Positions 55,146-64,000 of a stretch of 64,000 nucleotides of DNA are shown one piece after another; the stretch's first letter is position 1; each line of letters opens with the position of its first letter. The stretch is from a virus. Lineage: Duplodnaviria > Caudoviricetes. Position numbers and translations under genes: made by a program. The stretch covers positions 106,735 through 170,734 of IMG/VR virus record IMGVR_UViG_3300028887_000075; one strand, written 5' to 3'. The notes under the pieces were generated by a model that was given only the letters and a program-made list of their open reading frames with translations, had not been told where the DNA came from and did not search any database.

Positions 55146-56347
55146 CGGCCGAAGTAAATACAGCTACTAACAGGCTTACCCACCCGTATTATTATGGCGA
55201 AGTCGTTGGTGGCTCTGTCGACGCTGCCCGTACCGGTGCCGTGCAGGCAAGGATTATTGGGGTGACCGACAAGTGGGATGCGAAATTGCAGCCGTGGGTA
55301 TACCCTCAGCTTATGCAGGGTGTGGTCCAGGTTCCGCAGAACGGGCACTGGCTGCTTATCAAGTTCAAGGACGGTGACATCAACCAGGGAATGTACTACG
55401 CTATTTCCCCCACGAAGAGCTTCACCCCGGAACAGTACATGGCCGGCTACCCGGACATCGCCGTGATGAACATGGGGGAGACCGGTTACCTGTATACGCA
55501 CAACCGGGCGTCCCATACCAGCACCATTACGAACCCCGGTAACGATTCTACCTTGACCTGGACGGACACCGGGGAGCTCTCCCTGTCATCGACAAGGAAC
55601 TCCGACGAGGTCGGACGTATGACCGTCCCGGTGCTTACTGAGGCAACAATAGACATATTCACCTGCATGCCCGTAGGACATCCGTCAACCGGAATCAGGG
55701 CAGGCTCGGAGTACCTTAGCGTGTCACACATTTCCAAGCAGACTATTGATACCCTCCGCGGGAACGGTTCCGGGGAAGTTAAGCGCGCGTCTATATCCGC
55801 CGACCAGGCGGCTGACGGGCAGGAAACGAGGGATATCCAGGGAACCGACCGGGAATACGGCATACCGTTCATCGAGTCCCCCGCTTCAGTGCGCAGGAGC
55901 GCCAAGACGGCCAAGAGGATTATCGTTGCTGCCACCGGGAGTACTCCGATTGCCGAAACCCTTGCCATGTATGAGGATAGTGCGGCAAAGACCTGTGCCC
56001 ATTACATTGTCGGACTCGGTGACGGGAATATGGACGTCATGTCCGAACTCCACGACAGGAAGGATGCAAGGAACCTCGGCTTCGTACAGTGCGTGGAAAC
56101 GTCATACGATGCTACGGTGGGTTCGGACATGAAGGGTAAGCCGAACCTCGACGCAATTAGCATAATGTTCTACGGTGACGGTAACCTGAACGAGTACCAG
56201 ATGGCAAAGTTCAAGGACATCGTAAACAACGTGAAGAAGTCCTTTAACCTGGATGCAATCGATGTTGTCGCATACAAGCAGTCGGCGGCGACCCCGCAGC
56301 AGATTTCGGTATGGAACAACCTTACTGCGATGGAGGGTGAATACTGA
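55142..56347 (+). CDS. baseplate spike (gp5-like OB-fold) with C-terminal amidase_2-like domain
   Basis: YYGEVV..D..RTGAVQARI.G..D...PW..P...VP..G.W..I.F.DGD; later KRIIVAATGS, AHYIVG, N..AISI. Confidence 0.75.
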   Translation: MTAEVNTATNRLTHPYYYGEVVGGSVDAARTGAVQARIIGVTDKWDAKLQPWVYPQLMQGVVQVPQNGHWLLIKFKDGDINQGMYYAISPTKSFTPEQYMAGYPDIAVMNMGETGYLYTHNRASHTSTITNPGNDSTLTWTDTGELSLSSTRNSDEVGRMTVPVLTEATIDIFTCMPVGHPSTGIRAGSEYLSVSHISKQTIDTLRGNGSGEVKRASISADQAADGQETRDIQGTDREYGIPFIESPASVRRSAKTAKRIIVAATGSTPIAETLAMYEDSAAKTCAHYIVGLGDGNMDVMSELHDRKDARNLGFVQCVETSYDATVGSDMKGKPNLDAISIMFYGDGNLNEYQMAKFKDIVNNVKKSFNLDAIDVVAYKQSAATPQQISVWNNLTAMEGEY

Positions 56348-58197
56348 TGGCCGCACGTACCTGTGAAGAAGTCCTGATGGGGCTGAATTTCGCCGAGGAC
56401 GGCACCACTGGCAAGAAAGTGACCCGTTCAAGTTCGCAGCAGGGTGACTCTGGGGATTTCCTTGACGCAGTAATCAAGGAGGCCGGGAACATACGTACCG
56501 CCGCGATGGGATTGTATGAGTATGATTGCTCCGAACACCTTCTGGAATGGCTGTATAGCGCATGTCCGGCACTCAAGACGGCAAGCAAGGACATAGACCG
56601 GATTTCCAAGAATATCGGCTCGATAACTTCCGGCATCAAGCTGGGTGAGCTTATCCAGGGAAACGACTTTACCAAGGAATTTTGCAACCTGGTAGTCACC
56701 GTGTTCGGCTCGGTGAACGCTTTCCTCGAGGTAATATCGAAGGCAGCGTTTGCCTTGTTTGACAAGATTGACACTGCTAGGGAGAAGCTGCAACAGTCCT
56801 TGAAACTGCTTACCGATGCCGTACAGGAATGCATCCTGGACGTGTACGACATGATTGACAAGTACCTTGGTGGATTGCTGAAGGTGACCCTGAATTGGAA
56901 CTGGGAGGCTCTGGAAAAACTTCTTATTGACTGCCCGTGCATCTGCCGGTTCGTATCGTATGTTACCGGGTGCGACAGGGATGAGGACGGCAACAGCATT
57001 TCGGACCAACCGGACCTGGTAATCCGTTGTATCCGCGACAAGTTCTGGTACATGGACGGAATCAACCTCGCTACGGGACTGTCCGCCATAATGGATACCT
57101 ATATCAAGCAGTATGTAATCCTATTCTTCGACATGATTAAGCTCTCCCTGGACAGCTTCTTTACCGTCCTGGTGATGCCGCTCCGCTGGTTAATCAAGCA
57201 GTATGCTGACCTCCTCCGCAAGAAGATGGACGTGTCGTTCCTGCTGGAGCCACTTAGGACCTCCCACATGGACTGCCTGCTGGTATATACCAGGGAGGAA
57301 GTTGATGGCAAGATGGAATACCGTATGAGCGTGCTAGACATGATGGAGAGCATGAAGATGTGGGTGAACTGCCTCGAACATGCATGCCCGGCACTCACCG
57401 AGCGCATCAAGAACAAGGTCAAGCAGTACAACGAGGAATTCAGACTATCAGGAGAATACTGGAACCGTGCGTTCGAGGCCGACATCTACTTGTGCTGCAT
57501 GAGGGCGGATTCCGCCTACGAGAACGGATATTCCCTAGAGGACCTGGCAAATATGTGGGACGACCTGTTTGACCGCCTCCGTGCGGCAAATGACCGGGTA
57601 AAGAGCAAGGTGTACAAGGCAAAGTGGACCTATGGCCTATACCCGTCAAGCACCGGCGGCATACAGTACTATACCGAGGACATGCGGGGTGAGCCCGAGA
57701 CTGGGTCCGTAGGAGAGGCGGCTGCCTCCGCGGTGACTGCCGTACAGTTCGCCGGTTCAATCGACAACGAGAACAACCTGCAACCCGGTATCTACCCGTT
57801 GAGCGACCGGGAGGACCGGGAGCTCCGTTCCATGGGACTGTCTCTTGCCGACGGCATGAGGGAGGACGCTTACTTCGGCGAGAAGTGGGCCCAGTTCATC
57901 AGGTTCCTGGGATTCTACGCGTTCTCCGACGAGACGCTTAATGCGCTAAAAGAGGCCAGCGAGAAGGGTTCGACGTCTACCGGTGCTTCCCGGGAGGGAA
58001 GCGGTATACAGGTACGGGTAATCACCGTGAGGGAACCTGTGGAGGACGACGAGGAATCGTCCGACGTGAACTACTGGGTAGATTCTGACTACGACCAGGG
58101 AAACGTTGATGCCATATCCAACATAGAGTGGACCGAGCGCAGGTCCAACGAGAGCCTGGCGGCATATTACGCGAGAATGTATTCCACGGCGGTGTGA
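56347..58197 (+). CDS. Cys-rich helical hypothetical protein in baseplate cluster
   Basis: 616 aa, coupled to the gp5-like gene. Confidence 0.7.
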   Translation: MAARTCEEVLMGLNFAEDGTTGKKVTRSSSQQGDSGDFLDAVIKEAGNIRTAAMGLYEYDCSEHLLEWLYSACPALKTASKDIDRISKNIGSITSGIKLGELIQGNDFTKEFCNLVVTVFGSVNAFLEVISKAAFALFDKIDTAREKLQQSLKLLTDAVQECILDVYDMIDKYLGGLLKVTLNWNWEALEKLLIDCPCICRFVSYVTGCDRDEDGNSISDQPDLVIRCIRDKFWYMDGINLATGLSAIMDTYIKQYVILFFDMIKLSLDSFFTVLVMPLRWLIKQYADLLRKKMDVSFLLEPLRTSHMDCLLVYTREEVDGKMEYRMSVLDMMESMKMWVNCLEHACPALTERIKNKVKQYNEEFRLSGEYWNRAFEADIYLCCMRADSAYENGYSLEDLANMWDDLFDRLRAANDRVKSKVYKAKWTYGLYPSSTGGIQYYTEDMRGEPETGSVGEAAASAVTAVQFAGSIDNENNLQPGIYPLSDREDRELRSMGLSLADGMREDAYFGEKWAQFIRFLGFYAFSDETLNALKEASEKGSTSTGASREGSGIQVRVITVREPVEDDEESSDVNYWVDSDYDQGNVDAISNIEWTERRSNESLAAYYARMYSTAV

Positions 58198-58298
58198 TAT
58201 CATTTCAACATAAATATAGCAAATAATTCGCTAATAGCGTATAATAAATGCAAAAAACTGGCATAGTTTCATTACCAGAAACATATAAACGGTAATAT

Positions 58299-58922
58299 AT
58301 GAAGCAGAGAATGAAGCTATCGAAGTACGCGAAGCAACTTGGTTGCAGTTACCAGAGTGCCCTGAAGAAATTCCACAAGGGACTCATACCGGGAGCCTAC
58401 CAGGAGAAGGATACCGGGTCAATCTATGTGGAGGACCCGGACGTTGACCCTACCAGGGAGCGGCCGGAACGTACTTGCATATACTGCCGTGTCAGCAACC
58501 AAAGCCGGAGGAAGGAACTTGAGTACCAGGTCAAGCGCTGCCAGGACTTCTGTGCGACTAACGGGTTCAAGGTAGACGGCGTGTACAAGGAAGTCGCCAG
58601 CGGGATGAACGACAGTCGCAACCAGTTCTGGCGGATGATGTCGTCGCGTCCGACACGCATAGTGGTCGAGAACAAGGACCGTCTTACCAGGTTCGGATTC
58701 GAATATATCGACAAGCTGTACGCCGACCGTGGAGAAATCATAGTGATGAATCCCAACGACAACGACGAGCACGACCTGATGCAGGACATGATTTCGATAG
58801 TAACCAGTTTCTGCTGCCGGCTGTACGGCATGCGCCGGGCAAAGAACAAGCTCGACCGTATCAAGAAGGCGCTCGAAGATGAAGGAAAGGATGAAGGAAA
58901 GGATGAAGGAAAGGTAGAATGA
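58299..58922 (+). CDS. tnpA: IS607 serine recombinase TnpA
   Basis: N-terminal HTH, IYCRVS, EVASGMND.R, VENKDRLTRFGF, DLMQD..SIVTSFC.RLYG.R. Confidence 0.95.
   Translation: MKQRMKLSKYAKQLGCSYQSALKKFHKGLIPGAYQEKDTGSIYVEDPDVDPTRERPERTCIYCRVSNQSRRKELEYQVKRCQDFCATNGFKVDGVYKEVASGMNDSRNQFWRMMSSRPTRIVVENKDRLTRFGFEYIDKLYADRGEIIVMNPNDNDEHDLMQDMISIVTSFCCRLYGMRRAKNKLDRIKKALEDEGKDEGKDEGKVE
58878..58914. repeat. 12-bp tandem repeat x3 at the tnpA 3' end
   Basis: GATGAAGGAAAG three times (DEGK x3). Confidence 0.9.
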
Positions 58923-60259
58923 TGCCCACAGTTCCCGAGACATACGTACGCAGTACGGCGCACAGCCTGAAGTTCGCCAATGCAGGCAAGCGAGATGCCG
59001 TGGCCGACTTCCTTACGGAATACAGGAAGGCGGTCGGTGTGTACGTAGACGTCCTGTGGAACTGTCCAAGGGAATGGAATCCGGGCAAGATTCTCGACGT
59101 ATATCACGACTACCTGGACGTGCCGTCGATGATAAGCACGGCCGATATACCCATAGAGACAAGACTGAGCGCACGCGCACTGAAGTGCGCGGCTACGCAG
59201 GCATGCGGAATAGTGAAATCTGCGCTTAGACGAAGGCAGAAGGACCTGCTCGTGCAGGCGAAATGCCGCGAGGAAGGAAAGGATATTCCCAAGAGAGCAA
59301 GGTACAGGCTAGAGCATCCTCCATCAATGCCTAGAACTGAGAAGGCCAATGCCGAGATAAATTCAATCTGCTGTTCCATCCAGGATGCGAAGCATACTTC
59401 ATTCGCCATGTGGGTTGACCTGAAATCATTGTTCAGGGAGGACAAGTACGGTCGCGGGTTCCATGTACAGGTTCCTATAAAGAGAACCCGCATGGACGAC
59501 AAGTGGAGCAGCGGCGAGCACGAAGTGCTCCCTTCCATATTGCTGTCTGATGATACAATACACATAAGGTACCGGAGACCGGTTCCACAATGCAAAGGAA
59601 CTAGGGAGGTCGGCCTGGACCAGGGAGTCAGGAAGATGCTGACCGCATCGGACAGCACCGATATTCCCGACCTAGGCCACGGATATCAAAATATACTACG
59701 AAAGATTGCCAGGAAGAAGCGGGGTAGCAAGTCATACCGGCGTGCACTACAGGAACGCGAGGACTACGTATTCCGCACAATAAAGCAGGTGGACTGGTCC
59801 GTATACAGCCTAATCAACCTGGAAAGACATTTCGATACGAAACGGGGAAAGAACAACGGCAGGCTGCTGACGGCTTTCTCCAACCCGCAAATCCGCAACG
59901 CGCTCTACATGCGGGCTTCCGAGGAGATGGGCGTCCCTATCCAGGAAGTCGACAACGTATGCAACTCGCTGCGGTGTCCTATGGACGGCTGGGTTCACGT
60001 CAGGAACAGGCCCCGAAAGGGTGTCCTGTTCCGCTGCATAAAGTGCGGATACGTCGACAACGCGGACGAGGTTGGCGCAATAAACGCCAACCTCCACGCA
60101 GACGGACTGCCGCCGTGCAGCCATGAGCTCGTATTCAGAAGGAAGCTACATAAATCGTCCGGGTTCTTCTGGACGAAGGAAGGCTTCTTCGATGAAAAAG
60201 GGGATGTAATCCCCGTGGCAGGGAGTTCACAGTTCCCTGTAGGCAATAATAATGGGTAA
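58919..60259 (+). CDS. tnpB: RNA-guided nuclease TnpB
   Basis: RuvC-I VGLDQG, RuvC-II INLE, zinc finger CPMDG/CIKCG, RuvC-III NADEVGAIN. Confidence 0.9.
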   Translation: MMPTVPETYVRSTAHSLKFANAGKRDAVADFLTEYRKAVGVYVDVLWNCPREWNPGKILDVYHDYLDVPSMISTADIPIETRLSARALKCAATQACGIVKSALRRRQKDLLVQAKCREEGKDIPKRARYRLEHPPSMPRTEKANAEINSICCSIQDAKHTSFAMWVDLKSLFREDKYGRGFHVQVPIKRTRMDDKWSSGEHEVLPSILLSDDTIHIRYRRPVPQCKGTREVGLDQGVRKMLTASDSTDIPDLGHGYQNILRKIARKKRGSKSYRRALQEREDYVFRTIKQVDWSVYSLINLERHFDTKRGKNNGRLLTAFSNPQIRNALYMRASEEMGVPIQEVDNVCNSLRCPMDGWVHVRNRPRKGVLFRCIKCGYVDNADEVGAINANLHADGLPPCSHELVFRRKLHKSSGFFWTKEGFFDEKGDVIPVAGSSQFPVGNNNG

Positions 60260-60290
60260 TCATTTTATATGATTACTTGTAACTGTAGAT

Positions 60291-60830
60291 ATGGCCAGGA
60301 AGCGCAAGAGCTACTATACGGATACCGAGAAGGGCAACTACCAGCTTCTCAACCCCACCAAGTACATGGTTGAGGGGGTTACCGAGGTTCCGTACAAGTC
60401 CAGCTGGGAGAAGCGCTTCTTCGGCCTGTGTGACGGCAACCCGTTCGTCACCAGGTGGGCATACGAGCTCTTCGAGATTCCATACAGTTCTCCCGTATAC
60501 CTCAAGCAGTCCCTGTACAAGCCGGACATCTACCTGGAGTGCCAGTACGAGGACGGCCATACGGAGAAGTGGCTCATCGAGGTCAAGCCGGTGGCATACT
60601 CGGTAGTCCCGGTGGCCCCCAAGCCGCCCCCGCAGGGATGCCAGGACCAGAAGAAACTGGATAGCTACCGGAAGCGGCTGGCGACATACGAGCGCAAGAG
60701 CGCTGACGTTGCCGCCAACTACGCCAAGTGGGCTGCCGCCGAGGCGTGGTGCAAGAGGCACCAGGTGAACTGGTGGATAGCCAACGAGAAGAATACCCGA
60801 GACCTGTTCAAGCGTTCCGTTTCGGTTTGA
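60291..60830 (+). CDS. head completion nuclease (T4 gp4-like, TnsA-type)
   Basis: NPTKY, YKSSWE..F...CD.NP.V..W.YE, IPY.SP, YKPD, LIEVKP, N.AKW.AA..WC. Confidence 0.88.
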   Translation: MARKRKSYYTDTEKGNYQLLNPTKYMVEGVTEVPYKSSWEKRFFGLCDGNPFVTRWAYELFEIPYSSPVYLKQSLYKPDIYLECQYEDGHTEKWLIEVKPVAYSVVPVAPKPPPQGCQDQKKLDSYRKRLATYERKSADVAANYAKWAAAEAWCKRHQVNWWIANEKNTRDLFKRSVSV

Positions 60831-60862
60831 ACTAGTTTCATAACCGTAAACGGAGGCAAAGT

Positions 60863-61294
60863 ATGGCGAAACCGTGCTGCGGCGACCCGGTCGAGATTGA
60901 CGGGATATACCAGCCGCTGAGCCTGAGGCTGCTCAATTTCGGCAAGGAAGTGTACAAGGAGACCACCAGCACCCAGCGGGTGTTCATGTGGGTGTTCAGC
61001 TTCTACAACGCGAAGGACGAGTGCCCGGTGTGCAAGCACGGCATAGAGCGCCTGTTCGGCTGGTTCCAGAAATACGGCCTGACGGACGACCCGGCGAGGG
61101 GAGTCAGGATAGTGCTGGACGACGAGGCCGACACCAACAAGATTTACAACGACCTCCACTTCGACATCGCCCCGGTGAACATATTCACCGACTCCGAGGG
61201 AAAGGTAATCGACATACTGTTCGAGTTCCCTGACGAGGCGTGGCTCGACAAGTACATTCTTCCCTTCGTGCAGAAGGACATGAGGATTCTATAA
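60863..61294 (+). CDS. thioredoxin-like protein
   Basis: WVFSFY...ECPVCK, cis-Pro region APVNIF.D.EG. Confidence 0.7.
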   Translation: MAKPCCGDPVEIDGIYQPLSLRLLNFGKEVYKETTSTQRVFMWVFSFYNAKDECPVCKHGIERLFGWFQKYGLTDDPARGVRIVLDDEADTNKIYNDLHFDIAPVNIFTDSEGKVIDILFEFPDEAWLDKYILPFVQKDMRIL

Positions 61295-62334
61295 TGGAAC
61301 GGGTATACATAATCGGATACACAATGGATGCCGTCATGGAGGCGGTAAGTCTTGCTACACAGGGCGACAAGGAGGTTATCTTCCTCGCCACGGCCGAAGT
61401 CGGCCAGACCCTCGACGACTACGGCGACCTGATTTCCCAGGCATACCGGGAGGTGCTGGATGCCGTCCTCCCGGGAATGCTCGAGTTCACCGAGTACGCG
61501 AACCCGAGATTCTTCTACATCCCGTACGAGAAGGTGGCCATATCCAACAGCACCAACGGGGTCATACAGTATCCGCTATCCAAGAAGTCATTCAATGACG
61601 AGTCCGAGTGGAAGGAGTGCGTGGAGAAGTTCGCCGACCCTGCAATCCAGGAGGTAATCAACAACCAGGCAAACGCCCCGTCGAAGCTGGTCACCGTCCT
61701 GAAGAACAAGATGCCGCCCAAGTTCGTCAATACCTTCTGCAAGGCATTGCAGGCTACGCGCTGGAGGGGAATCCAGTTATCCCACCTTTCCATGAACGCG
61801 TTCCTGTACGAGTTCCCGTTCACCGAACTTGCCAACGAGAACTACAACGAGTTCTACTACCGGCCAAACCATACTTACCACGAGATTTGCGCCGCGCTTA
61901 CCAACGTGTTCAACATAACGGTTGAACGTGCAGACGACGCGATAGCCAGGAAGTACATCACCGACAGGAACATTGACGGCAAGGTAATCATAATGGATAA
62001 CCGGGTGGACCAGTATCTTGACTACGTGGCTGGCAGGTTCGACCGGGTTCGCATGTGGAGCGTTAACGAGAAGGTCCCACCCGAACTCCGCTACTCAAGG
62101 GACGGCCTCTACTATACCCCGCTGAATTCATGCTGGGCGGTCACCCTCTTTGATGGCAAGTGCAAGAAGTACATGGCCGAGGAGATGACCACCCTGTACG
62201 ATGACTTTGCTTCCGAGATTCCGTCCACCAAGACCAACCTCAAGCTGCATAACCAGTACTGCGACCTCGTCGGCCACTATGGCGACAAGAAGCTCGACCT
62301 GGGACAGAGGGTGCTTACCCTGGTCAAGGCATGA
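61294..62334 (+). CDS. highly diverged UDP-galactopyranose mutase-like protein
   Basis: YIIG..., P..TY.EI..AL, KVI....VDQYLDY..G.F, N.KL..QY, LG.R parallel Glf; GxGxxG lost. Confidence 0.5.
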   Translation: MERVYIIGYTMDAVMEAVSLATQGDKEVIFLATAEVGQTLDDYGDLISQAYREVLDAVLPGMLEFTEYANPRFFYIPYEKVAISNSTNGVIQYPLSKKSFNDESEWKECVEKFADPAIQEVINNQANAPSKLVTVLKNKMPPKFVNTFCKALQATRWRGIQLSHLSMNAFLYEFPFTELANENYNEFYYRPNHTYHEICAALTNVFNITVERADDAIARKYITDRNIDGKVIIMDNRVDQYLDYVAGRFDRVRMWSVNEKVPPELRYSRDGLYYTPLNSCWAVTLFDGKCKKYMAEEMTTLYDDFASEIPSTKTNLKLHNQYCDLVGHYGDKKLDLGQRVLTLVKA

Positions 62335-63110
62335 TTGAGTGCATGGCCATAGTTCCCTGTAGGACAGGGAAACACCTGCCGTTGATAGTGGACAGGCTGA
62401 AGGCGCAGGGTGCGTTCGTTACCGTAGTAAGAGACCGTTGCGACGTGGAGTGCCCGGGAGCTGACGCCATTCTCGACAATAAGGACGGTGACGGGTTCCT
62501 TGCCGGGAAATGCCGTGATATCGGTATTGACTACGCGCTGCTGCTGGGGGCTACCGGGGTAATATTCGTTGACGAGGACTGTATCCCCCAGGACGAACTG
62601 GTGAAATCCCACATGGAATACCTGAAGAATGACCTCCCGGTGATTTCCCTTGGCCGGCGTCTCGAGGAGAAGTTCAGATGGAAAGACCCGAGGGAATTCG
62701 GCGATGCCGGCAACCTGCACCTGTTTTCTTCCCGTGGCTCCATCGTGCAGAACCCTACCGTGCTAGCCAGCTGCCTTGCTACATGGACTTGCAACATGGG
62801 AATGAATGCCAGGGCTCTCCGGGTGATAAGGGGTGCGATGAAGCGTTTCTGCAGGGAAGACCGGGCATTCCACCCGGCATTCGACGGGAGATGGGGAGGC
62901 GAGGACGCATTCCTTGGATATGTCGCCTGGGCGTACCGGGTGACGATGGCGTATCTTCCATACGGGGCCAACGCGGTAAAGCACATGGACCACCCGAGGC
63001 CACCGGGAGAATACAACAAGGGCTTCAAGGAACGTCTTGAAGCCGAAGTTGCAAATTTCAGGAAATTTCTTACGAAAGAACCGCCGGCACTACATGAAAT
63101 ACTAGGCTAG
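62331..63110 (+). CDS. glycosyltransferase family 2-like
   Basis: GKCRDIG, IFVDEDCIP, WTCNMG, FDGRWGGEDAFLG, HMDH. Confidence 0.8.
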   Translation: MIECMAIVPCRTGKHLPLIVDRLKAQGAFVTVVRDRCDVECPGADAILDNKDGDGFLAGKCRDIGIDYALLLGATGVIFVDEDCIPQDELVKSHMEYLKNDLPVISLGRRLEEKFRWKDPREFGDAGNLHLFSSRGSIVQNPTVLASCLATWTCNMGMNARALRVIRGAMKRFCREDRAFHPAFDGRWGGEDAFLGYVAWAYRVTMAYLPYGANAVKHMDHPRPPGEYNKGFKERLEAEVANFRKFLTKEPPALHEILG

Positions 63111-64000
63111 GAACTGCGGTTCCCGTGCATGTCGTACTTGTATTCCACCTTGTTGAAGGCGGCCTTCCCGGTCTGTATGTATCGTTCATACACGTTCGGC
63201 TGGAATGCATCGTATAGGGCCACGTTGTACCTCTTCTGCCAGGTATCGTGGTCGACCTCGAAGAATCCCTTGTTGTATTCCCCGTAGGGGTTGTACCTGG
63301 CATCCTCGAGAGTGCGAGGACAATCGGTCCAGCCGCGCTCCTTTACCTTTGCCGGGTCGACTCCGCGGGTGGTTTCGTCGCGTAGGTATCTCATCTGGTC
63401 CTTGAAGGTGCCCTGGTAGGCGTTCGGATACTTGAAGTCAACGGTAAATGTATACGGGCTTGCATTCTCGTAGTTTGCACTAAGGTTAGGTGCCTTGGTC
63501 GTGATACAGGAGTTGAACTCGAACATCTGTCCGACGACAAGGTCGGTCTGGCAAGCGTTGCCGCCGGTCCTCTCGTAGATGCTCTTCATGGAGTTGCCGA
63601 CAGTAAGTCCTTCGGAATACAGGTTGACCATGATATTGATTTTCTGCAGGGTGCTCTTCGGCTTCAGGAGGAGCGGGGAGTACTGCACGTTGAACAGCGC
63701 GTTGAAGAAGTTGTACCACATCATGTACGGGTCATCGGTCACTTCGATGCTCAGAGTGTTCTCACAGTTGACCCCGGTAACTACAGGGTACCTTATCTGC
63801 TTGGTGGAGTCCATCATGACTTGCTTGGTCTGCGCCGACGGTGAAGGTATGGTAATCTGCTTAGCCGCCCAGTACATGTTCAGTACGCCGCTGGTCTTGT
63901 CGTAGCACATGGAGAGCCACTGGTCGAACAGGGTCTTCCTGAAGTTGTCCTTGCTGTCGTAGAACGGTTTCTGCCTCTTCAGGTTGTACTTGTCGGCATA
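63107..64000 (-). CDS. tail-tube-fold protein (gp19/gp54-like), 5'-truncated by window edge
   Basis: Frame open to the window end; AKQITIP, LSIEV.DD, F.SC..T.APNL..NY, FTVDFKY. Confidence 0.55.
   Translation of the reverse strand, partial: YADKYNLKRQKPFYDSKDNFRKTLFDQWLSMCYDKTSGVLNMYWAAKQITIPSPSAQTKQVMMDSTKQIRYPVVTGVNCENTLSIEVTDDPYMMWYNFFNALFNVQYSPLLLKPKSTLQKINIMVNLYSEGLTVGNSMKSIYERTGGNACQTDLVVGQMFEFNSCITTKAPNLSANYENASPYTFTVDFKYPNAYQGTFKDQMRYLRDETTRGVDPAKVKERGWTDCPRTLEDARYNPYGEYNKGFFEVDHDTWQKRYNVALYDAFQPNVYERYIQTGKAAFNKVEYKYDMHGNRSS

Larger units (their letters stand above)
58198..60290 (+). mobile_element. IS607-family element (tnpA + tnpB); ends approximate
   Basis: Overlapping serine-recombinase and TnpB genes with AT-rich flanks, inserted between structural genes. 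Confidence 0.85.

Noticed and set aside
58919-60259. Cas12f or nuclease-dead TldR
   Set aside because: No CRISPR array, coupled to IS607 tnpA, and all three RuvC acidic residues are present.
60291-60830. Tn7/CAST TnsA next to TnpB
   Set aside because: Motifs match T4 gp4-type head completion protein, and no TnsB/TnsC/TniQ is present.
1-64000. CRISPR array, tRNA/rRNA, reverse transcriptase/DGR/retron
   Set aside because: No regularly spaced repeat-spacer run, cloverleaf or RT motif seen by eye; a scan could still find small RNAs.
1-64000. Stop-codon reassignment
   Set aside because: Core genes are full length under the standard code and end in TAA, TAG and TGA.

Overview
This window is a 64-kb segment of a large, GC-rich, T4-like (contractile-tailed) phage genome read with the standard genetic code. 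Bases 1-9.9 kb hold small accessory ORFs. Bases 9.9-34.4 kb hold a replication/recombination module: UvsX, gp41-type helicase, RuvC-like resolvase, gp32 SSB, gp61 primase, gp45 clamp, family B polymerase, ThyX and gp44/gp62 clamp loader. Bases 35.8-64 kb hold tail sheath, tail tube, UvsY, a possible small terminase, gp47 nuclease, baseplate genes, an IS607 tnpA+tnpB element, head-completion gp4 and sugar-related genes. Three recurring upstream motifs (TTTGCTATATTT(G), ATAAACT, TAGTTTC) look like three promoter classes; the first contains the Bacteroidota-type -7 box, hinting at an FCB-group host (inference). Highlights: (i) a TnpB-less mini-IS200/IS605 element with its own promoter that looks like a stand-alone omega-RNA unit, plus two further copies of its right end; (ii) AGGTTTAA-bounded mini-gene cassettes next to those ends; (iii) a protein with about five tandem HTH domains fused to a degenerate glycosyltransferase; (iv) several catalytically eroded enzyme homologues (terminase ATPase, UGM, GT, amidase); (v) a candidate +1 frameshift in a tail/baseplate chaperone. 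All protein calls come from motifs recognised by eye plus synteny; no database search was run.
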